This document shows, piece after piece, positions 24,733 through 32,761 of a DNA stretch of 64,000 bases. This DNA comes from a virus (lineage: Duplodnaviria > Caudoviricetes). The number at the start of each line of letters is the position of its first letter. Positions within the stretch are counted from its first letter, which is position 1. A program made the position numbers and the translations under genes. The notes under the pieces are model-generated. The model saw only the letters and a program-made list of their open reading frames with translations. It searched no databases and was not told the origin of the DNA. The DNA lies in IMG/VR virus record IMGVR_UViG_3300023173_000014, positions 6,791-70,790 of that record. The stretch is one strand, 5' to 3'.

Positions 24733-25083
24733 TTATTCTTCCAGTAGTTGAGTCATGCGGTATAACTTCCACCGCTCATATTGTGTTGCCCACCATTCAT
24801 CCGATTGCTGCCAACCAGCCTCTTCCTCGTAATGGTACAAAGCACCTCCTTCACTCAAAACCATGAATGAGTAAACACCGCCACCATGATTTTGAACCAG
24901 TTCCCCTGGAAAGTTAGGTGTCAGGAAGCTGATGCAGGTGATGTAGTGTTTGAAGAGGGTCCCGTCTTTCAGTGGTTTCTGGTTCAGATTCTTTATCGAA
25001 TAGCTTCGTTCGACGGCATGAAAAGGCTTAGACATTCCTGTTATCTGTTCTACAGACAGAGGTGTTATCAGGAAGTACTCCAT
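24733..25083 (-). CDS. hypothetical protein with the shared C-terminal motif
   Basis: Ends WATQYERWKLYRMTQLLEE. Confidence 0.8.
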   Translation of the reverse strand: MEYFLITPLSVEQITGMSKPFHAVERSYSIKNLNQKPLKDGTLFKHYITCISFLTPNFPGELVQNHGGGVYSFMVLSEGGALYHYEEEAGWQQSDEWWATQYERWKLYRMTQLLEE

Positions 25084-25091
25084 AGCTCACC

Positions 25092-25274
25092 TCACTGAAT
25101 GTTTTTCTTGGCTTCTTCCAGCACAGTATTTCGGTACATCATCAGTAAAGGATGAAGATCTGAGGCACTGACACCGAGTTGAGCTTCAATGATTTGTTCG
25201 GCTGCTTCTGTGGAATGTGCCGTCTCGAACATGGGATTAGGTTGGGATGGGGACTGTTGTGGGTTGTGTTGCAT
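25092..25274 (-). CDS. small hypothetical protein
   Basis: 60-aa ORF directly upstream of the tagged gene run. Confidence 0.65.
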   Translation of the reverse strand: MQHNPQQSPSQPNPMFETAHSTEAAEQIIEAQLGVSASDLHPLLMMYRNTVLEEAKKNIQ

Positions 25275-25389
25275 AGGCTGTCTTCTTCCAGTTTCCAGGC
25301 TGTCTGTCTACAGGCCTTACGTTATAGGGTCCATATAGTTGATAAAGACTAAATCTGGAAAGTTAGTATGTAGGTTTACCTTAAAAAGA

Positions 25390-25410
25390 AACCACCCATA
25401 TAGGGTGGCT
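25390..25410 (-). terminator. intrinsic terminator after RNAP II subunit 2
   Basis: CCACCC-TATAT-GGGTGG followed by TTTCTTTTT on minus. Confidence 0.75.
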
Positions 25411-25435
25411 TTAAAAGGTGTGATGATCTACAGCA

Positions 25436-25450
25436 AGGTACGGAGTACCT
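25436..25450 (-). promoter_or_regulatory. C-GGA-G hairpin element
   Basis: AGGTAC-GGA-GTACCT, 3 nt after the RNAP subunit stop codon. Confidence 0.45.
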
Positions 25451-25453
25451 CTG

Positions 25454-26704
25454 TCAATTGATTGGGTAGTTAGCTACTTCAATGTATTGCGTGAGGTCCA
25501 TATCTCTCTGGATTGTGGTAGGTACTCCATTCAACTGGGTCAGGATGTCTTCCATAATCCGTCCCTGATTGATCTGTACCATGATTTGGTTGTAGTGCTT
25601 ACGTAAGTGGTTCATGTTGTTTGGATGACACTTGAACTCATCGTGTACCGATAGGATCGGGAACGGTTTGTGCTCTAGTGACTGCATGACCATGCAATAC
25701 ATAGCCTCCAATAAAGCATCTGGAAGGTACTTTACCGACTCTTCATCGATTAAAGAGATGAAAGCCAGATCAGCAATACCAGATTCTTCGTACCGTGTGA
25801 GCATAGTACTGAAGTCATCTTCTACTTCTGACTGTACCGAAGCGACTTCCACATTAGCGAAGGTCCGACGTAACATTTCGTCTTGCATCAAAGACTTAAC
25901 AGCAAGGAACCGCACTGGATCGTAATTACAACGACGATCCAGAGACCGGAGCAGCCAAGCATCCACGCTGTGCACTACATTAGCAGCGTTAGAGACACTG
26001 TAGTCTTGTGGTTCATTGGTTTTGAAGGCGTACGTAAAGGTGGAATGAGCAAGCTCATCTACCTCAATACGCTTCTCCTCTGTAACCATAACGGGAATGT
26101 AGACATAGTGATTGTCCGGCATTCTCCAGGAATGCGAGAGCGCGTCTGGGTTCCAAGAGGCAACCAGATCATTCAGTAAGTGCATAGCACCCGGAGCCAC
26201 TTCCCACATGGATTTGTAGAACTCGACAAGTTCAGATGTATCCCTGCCGAACAACTTCTCAGGTTCTTTCTTTGATCCGTATAGCACCGTCATTACAGCC
26301 TTCTTGACGTCATCACGGAGGAATCCTAAAGAACCTCCCAGGTAATGCGCCATGAACTCTGCAACAGTACGGTAAGCGTCAGAGCGTACGTCTTGCTCAA
26401 TCAACCCTGTCGCTTTGGCACCAGAGTAACAACCTGTCGCCGCAGACATGATCTGCATCCCAGAACAGACAGCATCAAAACCAACGAGATGACCGGTGGC
26501 GATACCCTGCTGAGCTTTACGGATAGTCATTACCGTTTTCTTGAACAGAGGTAACGTCTTCTTCTTGCAGCTCTCATACATTTCTTCCAGTTTGTTTAGG
26601 TGAGTATTAGCCCAATCTAAACGCTCTTCATAACGTAACCCATCGAGACCATAGTGATTAGCTACGTCGATGAGCAGGTATTCCCAACCGGTAAATTCTT
26701 TCAT
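25454..26704 (-). CDS. RNA polymerase II subunit 2 (N4 gp16-like)
   Basis: FTGWEYLLIDVAN..GLD; GFDAVCSGMQ (motif A); R.DVKKAVMT..YG (motif B); SVHDEF (motif C). Confidence 0.93.
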   Translation of the reverse strand: MKEFTGWEYLLIDVANHYGLDGLRYEERLDWANTHLNKLEEMYESCKKKTLPLFKKTVMTIRKAQQGIATGHLVGFDAVCSGMQIMSAATGCYSGAKATGLIEQDVRSDAYRTVAEFMAHYLGGSLGFLRDDVKKAVMTVLYGSKKEPEKLFGRDTSELVEFYKSMWEVAPGAMHLLNDLVASWNPDALSHSWRMPDNHYVYIPVMVTEEKRIEVDELAHSTFTYAFKTNEPQDYSVSNAANVVHSVDAWLLRSLDRRCNYDPVRFLAVKSLMQDEMLRRTFANVEVASVQSEVEDDFSTMLTRYEESGIADLAFISLIDEESVKYLPDALLEAMYCMVMQSLEHKPFPILSVHDEFKCHPNNMNHLRKHYNQIMVQINQGRIMEDILTQLNGVPTTIQRDMDLTQYIEVANYPIN

Positions 26705-26991
26705 TGGTCGATCTCCAGTAATGAGTCCATCTTTCGTAAGTTGATGGCTTTATCGAGTTGTCTGATGCTTTCTTGAAGTGCTTCTATCTCTGCTGTTGAG
26801 AGACGGTCAGCGTTACGGAGGTAGGTGTTTTGTAAGTTTTGTCTTGCGGCTTCTAAGCTACTCTCTACAGTGAAAGGACTTTCCCAGTCACCCAAAAGAC
26901 GTTTTCTAAAGGTATCTAGGTTTGTAGTATGTAGTAGGGTGCTGCCAGTGAGACCTACAGTAGAGAAAGCGTCTGCTTTATCATCTTTCAC
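26701..26991 (-). CDS. hypothetical protein with the shared C-terminal motif
   Basis: Ends LDKAINLRKMDSLLEIDQ. Confidence 0.75.
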   Translation of the reverse strand: MKDDKADAFSTVGLTGSTLLHTTNLDTFRKRLLGDWESPFTVESSLEAARQNLQNTYLRNADRLSTAEIEALQESIRQLDKAINLRKMDSLLEIDQ

Positions 26992-27257
26992 GGGTCCTCC
27001 AATAGTTGCCCTAGTTTCAGGTAATTAAGTCGTTTGTTGATCCAGCCCCACTCTGTGGTGTCCTCACCAGGATGAGGGTTACCCGGACGTATAAAAGACC
27101 AGTACAGGGACGCCCTCACTTCTGACAGTTGCTGCTCTGTGAATGTTTTGTAGATTTCTCTAGGAGGTTCAGGGAACCCCTTCATATCGATATTTCGAGC
27201 GTCTACTTCACAGGTGAAGCAACAGTAGGTGATGTTCCCGTGCTTACAATGGGACAT
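26988..27257 (-). CDS. hypothetical protein (Cys/His N-terminus) with the shared C-terminal motif
   Basis: Ends INKRLNYLKLGQLLEDP. Confidence 0.75.
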   Translation of the reverse strand: MSHCKHGNITYCCFTCEVDARNIDMKGFPEPPREIYKTFTEQQLSEVRASLYWSFIRPGNPHPGEDTTEWGWINKRLNYLKLGQLLEDP

Positions 27258-27441
27258 TGAGATGAGCCACTAAATTACGAGCACCAAACCCTTTCACTTT
27301 GGTTTGACGATCGAACCACTTACCGGTGGTAGGCCAGAAGTCAATATACCCTTCGTTACCTTCCACCACATAGTGATGTTCAGACTTGGCTTCAAAGACA
27401 ATGCTCTTTTCTTTCAGTAGCGCGAGTGCTGCTTCTTTCAT
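27244..27441 (-). CDS. small hypothetical protein
   Basis: IDFWPTTGKW motif; coupled to neighbours. Confidence 0.75.
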   Translation of the reverse strand: MKEAALALLKEKSIVFEAKSEHHYVVEGNEGYIDFWPTTGKWFDRQTKVKGFGARNLVAHLNVPL

Positions 27442-27692
27442 GCTGCCATTTCCTTGTTCCAGTTAATGAAGAACTCTTGAGCCTTCTCCAGAGTGACATC
27501 AAGGTAGTACGCCACATGCTCCGCAGCACGGATCAACGAAGTTGGGTCCATGTTCTGTAGAGTGTGGAGGAATGCCGAAGCATCCTCTTGGTTAGGTTCA
27601 CGCCAGGTTGCTTTACGCATTGATCCCGGCTGCATCACCTGCATACCTTCAAGAGGTCTGCCATGTACTTTCTTCTTACGTATTTTCGCCAT
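27438..27692 (-). CDS. small basic hypothetical protein
   Basis: AAGGAG RBS. Confidence 0.75.
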   Translation of the reverse strand: MAKIRKKKVHGRPLEGMQVMQPGSMRKATWREPNQEDASAFLHTLQNMDPTSLIRAAEHVAYYLDVTLEKAQEFFINWNKEMAA

Positions 27693-27703
27693 TTGGTTTC
27701 TCC

Positions 27704-28624
27704 TTAAATTCCAGGTACGCCGGTAACCACTTCGGTATCGGCAAGATCAACACAGGCTTTCTTGTAAGCCGTGCCTTGTGGGTTGATGTGATAGCCCTGA
27801 ACGTACATACGTCCACGTTTATCGTATTTGTTGAGCATGTAGAACCGATTGCCGGCAAGGGCCATGCGTCGGTACACCATCTTGCTGGTGGACACATGTT
27901 GCTGCCAGCGTTGCTGCGCCTCTACGGTCTCAGGTTCGTTCTTTGGGGTCTCAGGCACACTCATCACGAAGTCCATGTCCAAGGACAAAGGAACAGCGTT
28001 ACGAGCGTTAATAACATCCAGAGAAGCGCACTGACTGTGCTGGTTGTACTTACGGAGAATCACTGAGTCCTTCACAGTCAGGTACCCTGATTGGAAGTTT
28101 GTAGTGATTGGTTCAGGCTCACAGATCATCGGTGGCAGATACTCTGCTTGTAAGATGTTCTGTACTAACTCTTCAGATAACGTGAAGTTGCACTGGACCA
28201 TCAGAGACCCTTGAGCACCATTTTTGAAGATGTCGAAAGCATCTGTCTCACAGAGAACTGCGAGGATCTCAGCCGCAGTAGTAACGGCCGGCACACGATC
28301 AGACCAACGTAATGACTCTGCGAATTTACCGGCGATGTTCACCAGAGTTTCTGGGTACTGGCAATGAGCCACACAGACGAAAGCACTCACAACTAAATGC
28401 TCGAATTGCTTTGGTCGGATGGCATCTAACCGTTGGTTTTTGGAATCGTAATAATCCTTTACATGCCACTGCTGAAGCAGAGCAATACCTTGTGAGATCT
28501 TGCCTGTAAGAACAGGACTCTCACGTATTTCCTTTTCAATATCTTGTTCAATGAAGTGTTTCCCCAGGCTACATTCCACTTGGATTTGCGCCTGAGTGGG
28601 TGAAAGACGGACGTGCGAATTCAT
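27704..28624 (-). CDS. RNA polymerase II subunit 1 (N4 gp15-like)
   Basis: LPPMICEP, SVIL, LD.IN..N..PLSLD, KYDKRGR.Y.QGYHINPQG..Y.KA. Confidence 0.92.
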   Translation of the reverse strand: MNSHVRLSPTQAQIQVECSLGKHFIEQDIEKEIRESPVLTGKISQGIALLQQWHVKDYYDSKNQRLDAIRPKQFEHLVVSAFVCVAHCQYPETLVNIAGKFAESLRWSDRVPAVTTAAEILAVLCETDAFDIFKNGAQGSLMVQCNFTLSEELVQNILQAEYLPPMICEPEPITTNFQSGYLTVKDSVILRKYNQHSQCASLDVINARNAVPLSLDMDFVMSVPETPKNEPETVEAQQRWQQHVSTSKMVYRRMALAGNRFYMLNKYDKRGRMYVQGYHINPQGTAYKKACVDLADTEVVTGVPGI

Positions 28625-28641
28625 ACCTAACTCCTTGATGG

Positions 28642-28668
28642 ATAAGTCCTTGGTTGGCCGCTAGGCCA
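28642..28668 (-). promoter_or_regulatory. putative vRNAP hairpin promoter for RNAP II
   Basis: Template strand TCC-N10-GCTA, stem TGGCC/GGCCA. Confidence 0.55.
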
Positions 28669-28686
28669 TTTAGAGATGAAAAAGAA

Positions 28687-28706
28687 AGAACACCCGAAGG
28701 TGTTCT
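28687..28706 (-). terminator. UUCG-loop terminator after the gp2-like gene
   Basis: AGAACACC-TTCG-GGTGTTCT followed by TTCTTTTT on minus. Confidence 0.85.
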
Positions 28707-28715
28707 GGAGTGCGC

Positions 28716-28985
28716 TTAGTCGAGGACTAAGGCGTTGCTGGTAGCACCGATCTCTACGAATTCGTAGATGACCATGCCATCGCCCGCGAGCTTCTTACAG
28801 TTGTTTTCAGGGTCCTTACGTAACCACTCAATCAACTGCTTCTCACGTTCACGCGAGTTACGTAACGGAGTTCCAGCGATCTTTGCACGACCTTCGGCAG
28901 TAGGAAGGTAAGCGTTAAGGTAAGCGTCAGCTTTCCAGCTAGAGCCTGTGCCATTTTCTTGACGGTTATCTTGAACAAAAGCCAT
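28716..28985 (-). CDS. ssDNA-binding RNAP II cofactor (N4 gp2 / Drc-like)
   Basis: WKADAYLNAYLP...KIAG.PL...EKQLIEWL..DP pattern; located upstream of RNAP II. Confidence 0.75.
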   Translation of the reverse strand: MAFVQDNRQENGTGSSWKADAYLNAYLPTAEGRAKIAGTPLRNSREREKQLIEWLRKDPENNCKKLAGDGMVIYEFVEIGATSNALVLD

Positions 28986-29055
28986 TTTTATTCCCTCTGG
29001 GTTGTGGATTAGTCCTAAGTTGGGCCTGTGGCCCTTATTGGTCTGTAGCGACCAG

Positions 29056-29069
29056 AAAAGTCAGTAAAG
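29056..29069 (+). promoter_or_regulatory. intergenic TCAGTAA motif
   Basis: ACCAG-AAAAGTCAGTAA, nearly identical to ACCAGC-AAAAGTCAGTAA upstream of vRNAP. Confidence 0.45.
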
Positions 29070-29137
29070 TCGCAAAATTTGCACAATTCTACTAATAAAG
29101 TATTAGCTATCAATAGATCTTCGACGAGTTTTTGACG

Positions 29138-29326
29138 TTAGTTGCCTAGCAAAAGGTCAACTGAAGTGGGTACGTTAGGTGACGGTTTATCGTCACTTAC
29201 TTCAACGTGGACAGAATTCAATTCCCATTTCTTTTGGTATTTTGCGACATCTTCTGGTTCTACTGCGTGTACTACAACAGAGAATCCTGTCGTAAAAGAC
29301 CCAACTACAACGATGATGTATTTCAC
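29138..29326 (-). CDS. early hypothetical protein
   Basis: 62-aa ORF; GAAGGG RBS before GTG. Confidence 0.6.
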   Translation of the reverse strand: MKYIIVVVGSFTTGFSVVVHAVEPEDVAKYQKKWELNSVHVEVSDDKPSPNVPTSVDLLLGN

Positions 29327-29390
29327 TGATAAGCCCTTCTTTCAGGTGTAATTGACGTTAAGGAAATTGAGTATTTCCATCAGCGCATGG

Positions 29391-29594
29391 TTAGTGGTAC
29401 GACGGATTAGTTACTTCGTCGATGGAGGAGAGTTGTTCAGATTCAGGGACAGCTTCTTCATCCACTGAGATACGTACGAGGTTTGGTGCAAGGTTCCAGT
29501 ACGCCTCAGCCTCCACACGATGTGCTTCGTCTTGAATTGCGAACCGGAACTCATGCACACCCTTGTCATTTTTGAGGTGTACTACGAGTTCCAT
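29391..29594 (-). CDS. early hypothetical protein
   Basis: AAGGA RBS. Confidence 0.7.
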   Translation of the reverse strand: MELVVHLKNDKGVHEFRFAIQDEAHRVEAEAYWNLAPNLVRISVDEEAVPESEQLSSIDEVTNPSYH

Positions 29595-29603
29595 AAATGT
29601 TCC

Positions 29604-30098
29604 TTACGCTTTGATTTCGTCAGGTTGAGCGTTGGTGTTGAGTGAGATGAATGCGGTCTTGCCGTGCACAGCGGCAGAACAATCAGCGATGAACTGGACG
29701 TCATCTTGAGTATCCAACGTGAGGGTCAACAAGATACGACCAGCCAGAGAATCGAGCTTTGCAGCGTGAATGTTGTGACCATTCAACATCGGTGAACTAC
29801 CACGCATGAAGTGGGTAGAGATGTTCTGGTAGTAAAGCTCGAGTGTTTCCAGAGCGATACGCTTAGCGTGACCAGGAGCATTCGCACGCATGTAACGTTG
29901 TGCCAAACGTTTTACTGTACGTTCCACCATATCCTGAGATGCGTTTGGTAATGCAGTAGTCAAGAACGTCTCAGCAAGATCAATTGCTAAGTCTTTAGCA
30001 CCTTCCTGATCATCTTTGTAGGTGTCCAAGTTAAGAGCAGCAGTGAAGATTGCGTTAACAACTTGGGTGGTACTTACAGCTTGTTCAAAGATATTCAT
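29604..30098 (-). CDS. early hypothetical protein
   Basis: GGAG RBS; 164 aa. Confidence 0.75.
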   Translation of the reverse strand: MNIFEQAVSTTQVVNAIFTAALNLDTYKDDQEGAKDLAIDLAETFLTTALPNASQDMVERTVKRLAQRYMRANAPGHAKRIALETLELYYQNISTHFMRGSSPMLNGHNIHAAKLDSLAGRILLTLTLDTQDDVQFIADCSAAVHGKTAFISLNTNAQPDEIKA

Positions 30099-30135
30099 TT
30101 CTTACTCCGGTTTAGTTAATTGAGGGATTGTTCCC

Positions 30136-30157
30136 ACCGGAGATGTCCGTAGGACAT
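30136..30157 (-). promoter_or_regulatory. putative vRNAP hairpin promoter
   Basis: Template ACC-N10-GTA; ATGTCC-GTA-GGACAT (C-GNA-G triloop). Confidence 0.6.
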
Positions 30158-30416
30158 TTGTAACTACATTGGAGTTAGGTTGTAGGTAGATATAGGTTTA
30201 ACGTGAAAAGCAGTTAGGGTATGGATTTGGTTGTATGTGCTTGGTTAGGTACTACCTAACCTCAGAATTATCTCTATCTCTCTCACGTATAGAGTTAAGT
30301 GAGTAGTACGAAGCTAAGGTGCTGTCTTCTTGAACGTACTGTCTCCAATGTGTATGTGTTTGTGTTGTGTACTGAAATAAAAGAGATCCCAACCATTAGG
30401 CTGAGATCTGTTGTTG

Positions 30417-30656
30417 TTACTTGAAGGAGACTTCGAGGTTGAGTTCCTCTGCTTTCTTCTTCGCTTTACCGAGTGCCTCCAGTTCGTAGAGTTCGGCTGT
30501 ACGATTGGTGACTACACCTGTACGTCGGAACGCGTCTGCGTATTCTTCTGTACCTTCGAGCACTTTGACTGCGGTATTACCACCGCTAACGATGACCTTC
30601 TCTGTTACTTGAAAGGCAGTCGAGATTGTTGCGTTGATAGTTGATAGTACTGACAT
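30417..30656 (-). CDS. first early protein
   Basis: AGAGGA RBS; first gene left of the junction. Confidence 0.75.
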   Translation of the reverse strand: MSVLSTINATISTAFQVTEKVIVSGGNTAVKVLEGTEEYADAFRRTGVVTNRTAELYELEALGKAKKKAEELNLEVSFK

Positions 30657-30689
30657 GATTAGAGTCCTCTTGTTAGGTTGTTGATCGGT

Positions 30690-30710
30690 ACCACTGCTGG
30701 CCGGTAGGCC
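30690..30710 (-). promoter_or_regulatory. putative vRNAP hairpin promoter (first early promoter)
   Basis: Template ACC-N10-GGTA; GGCC-GGTA-GGCC. Confidence 0.55.
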
Positions 30711-30733
30711 TTAAAACTCTGAGTGAAAGCTAT

Positions 30734-30742
30734 GGGGGGGGG
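30734..30742. other. G9 run at the early/late divergence, candidate genome-terminus region
   Basis: Nine consecutive G in the intergenic region where the two transcription directions diverge. Confidence 0.4.
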
Positions 30743-30890
30743 TATGTTTCCTTTTTCTGCTTTCCTGCGTCAGTACTGCTCTCATACCTAATTATGAAAT
30801 TTTGCTGTAACCCTCCGGGTAAACTTTTCTGAAATTACTTTCCGACTGTCTGTATGTTCGCGTAACACTTAATTCTTACTAAGGTTCGTT

Positions 30891-31415
30891 ATGACAACTG
30901 AACATTACATCGGTACTAAGCAAGTAGTTGCTACTGAAATGACACGCGCACAGTACAACCATTACCGTGGTTGGGAACTTCCTACTAACGAAGACGGTAA
31001 CGACGAAGGTTATCTTGTTGAGTACTTGGATGGTGGTGAAGCCAATCATCCTGATCATAAGGGTTACGTTAGTTGGTCACCTAAAGACGTGTTCCAACGT
31101 GCATACCAAAGTAACGGTGCAATGACATTTGGTCATGCGTTGGAGCTTGCTAAAGACGGGCACAAGGTTGCGCGTGCAGGTTGGAACGGTAAGAACATGT
31201 TTGTGGTGTACATGCCTGGTATGTTGTTAGCCCTCGCTAATTCAACAGAAGGTGGTGTGAAAGTGAATGCACGTACCTCCAAGTTTATCGGTGAAGATAA
31301 GGCACTGGAAGTGTTGCCGTACTACGCGATGTATACCGCTGATGGTAAGTGGTTACCTGGCTGGTCGGCTACACAGTCTGATATGAACGCTACTGACTGG
31401 TACGTTGTTAAGTAA
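30891..31415 (+). CDS. two-domain protein with C-terminal DUF2829 (Tad2-like) domain
   Basis: MTFGHALE...GHKVARAGWNGKNMFV...PY..M.TADGK..PGW.ATQSDM.ATDW; N-terminal YIGTK.V.A...GYLVEY...SWSPKDVF..AY domain. Confidence 0.8.
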   Translation: MTTEHYIGTKQVVATEMTRAQYNHYRGWELPTNEDGNDEGYLVEYLDGGEANHPDHKGYVSWSPKDVFQRAYQSNGAMTFGHALELAKDGHKVARAGWNGKNMFVVYMPGMLLALANSTEGGVKVNARTSKFIGEDKALEVLPYYAMYTADGKWLPGWSATQSDMNATDWYVVK

Positions 31416-31517
31416 CGCCTCCGCCCTGGTACTTTCTGTGCTGGGGCATTTTCCCAATAATTATTTCCCTCATTGTTATAACGGCGACTGTCTTGATTTA
31501 AAAATAAGGTAGTTACC

Positions 31518-31973
31518 ATGTCTGATCGTATTGTCCTCACCCGTACTGCTTACCTGCCTGACGGTACCTTTGGTGAGTTGGTGTTCCCTAACGGCATTAA
31601 GCTGTTCACTGTCGAGAAACCATGGAAAGAGAATATCGTCAGTGAGTCGTGCATTCCTGATGGCGTGTATCGAATGGGGATGCGTGAGTCTCCGGTTGTT
31701 CGTCGTAGTTCTGGCGGTGAGTTCCACGAAGGTTGGGAAGTACTGGATGTGGAAGGACGTTCTTACATTATGCTCCACCCAGGTAACTGGCCGTGCAATT
31801 TCCAAGGTTGCATCGGTGTCGGTGATTCGCTTTCTTACATGACGGACAAACGCGGCCGGATGACGTTAGCCGTAACCAATTCCCGTAACACCTTCCGCCG
31901 TTTGATGGAAGAGTTAGATACTCGTTATGAATGGGAACTGGAAATCCGTCCTACCACTGGTGCAGTTCTTTAA
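31518..31973 (+). CDS. putative endolysin (DUF5675-type)
   Basis: T.G.L...FTVEKPW..N...SCIP.G.Y...GRS.I..HPGN...QGCI.VG. Confidence 0.75.
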   Translation: MSDRIVLTRTAYLPDGTFGELVFPNGIKLFTVEKPWKENIVSESCIPDGVYRMGMRESPVVRRSSGGEFHEGWEVLDVEGRSYIMLHPGNWPCNFQGCIGVGDSLSYMTDKRGRMTLAVTNSRNTFRRLMEELDTRYEWELEIRPTTGAVL

Positions 31974-31980
31974 CTGGTTT

Positions 31981-32000
31981 TGCCCTGCTCCGGTAGGGCA
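31981..32000 (+). terminator. intrinsic terminator
   Basis: TGCCCT-GCTCCGGT-AGGGCA-TTT. Confidence 0.6.
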
Positions 32001-32068
32001 TTTAAAAATCTCAATAAAGTTTTTCACGATCCATACCATCCAGGGTAACGACGTACTGGAGAGTGTTT

Positions 32069-32761
32069 ATGGATACTCAAACAATTGATCAATTTAAGAA
32101 CTTACTGCCTGCCAATGTACGTAAGGTATTTGGTCAGCAGGTTATTGATCAAATTAATGCAAAATTAACCGACCCGGATCTCTTTGAGACCTATCGTGAC
32201 AACCTACTCGGTTATTCCGGTGTCCTGGCGAATGGTAAGTTCAAATTAGAACAGTACGTTGATGCGGTGAAGTACTGCAGCCACCGTCTATCTGGTATGT
32301 CCCAGATCGAAGCCTATACGCGCACCTTTCCGGACCGCATGGCGCGGTACGCAGCCAGCGGGACGTCGGACAAAGACATTTCCAGCTACGTTTACTCCTA
32401 CAACAACACCAAGCTCGTCACGTTAATCATGGAACAGGCGGCCATTCCTGTATGGCTGGCGAACATGGATAAGTTCCAGAAAGCCTTGAATGTGCAGTAC
32501 GAGCTGATGACGTCAGCAGCCAGTGAGAAGGTGCGCTGTGATGCAGCTAACTCTGTGCTGACCCACCTGAAACGTCCTGACTCCGCGAAGATCGAGCTGG
32601 ACGTGAATGTGAAAGAAGACAGTGCCATCGCAGCTCTCCGGGATACCACAGAGAAACTGATTGCACAGCAACGTCAAATGCTACAAGCCGGCTCAGTGAA
32701 CGCTGAGCAGGTGGCACACAGTCCAGTCGTTGTCGACGGACAAGTCGAGCGTCTCTTTTGA
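32069..32761 (+). CDS. putative terminase small subunit (N4 gp69-like)
   Basis: Start set at the ATG after GGAG; directly upstream of terL; Y..AVKY.S, SEKVRCDAANS.L.HLK.P pattern. Confidence 0.75.
   Translation: MDTQTIDQFKNLLPANVRKVFGQQVIDQINAKLTDPDLFETYRDNLLGYSGVLANGKFKLEQYVDAVKYCSHRLSGMSQIEAYTRTFPDRMARYAASGTSDKDISSYVYSYNNTKLVTLIMEQAAIPVWLANMDKFQKALNVQYELMTSAASEKVRCDAANSVLTHLKRPDSAKIELDVNVKEDSAIAALRDTTEKLIAQQRQMLQAGSVNAEQVAHSPVVVDGQVERLF

Noticed and set aside
29022-29034. GGGCC-TGT-GGCCC hairpin as a fourth vRNAP promoter
   Set aside because: The loop is not GNA/GNNA on the template strand and the CC spacing is 11, so it does not fit the other three. Left unassigned.
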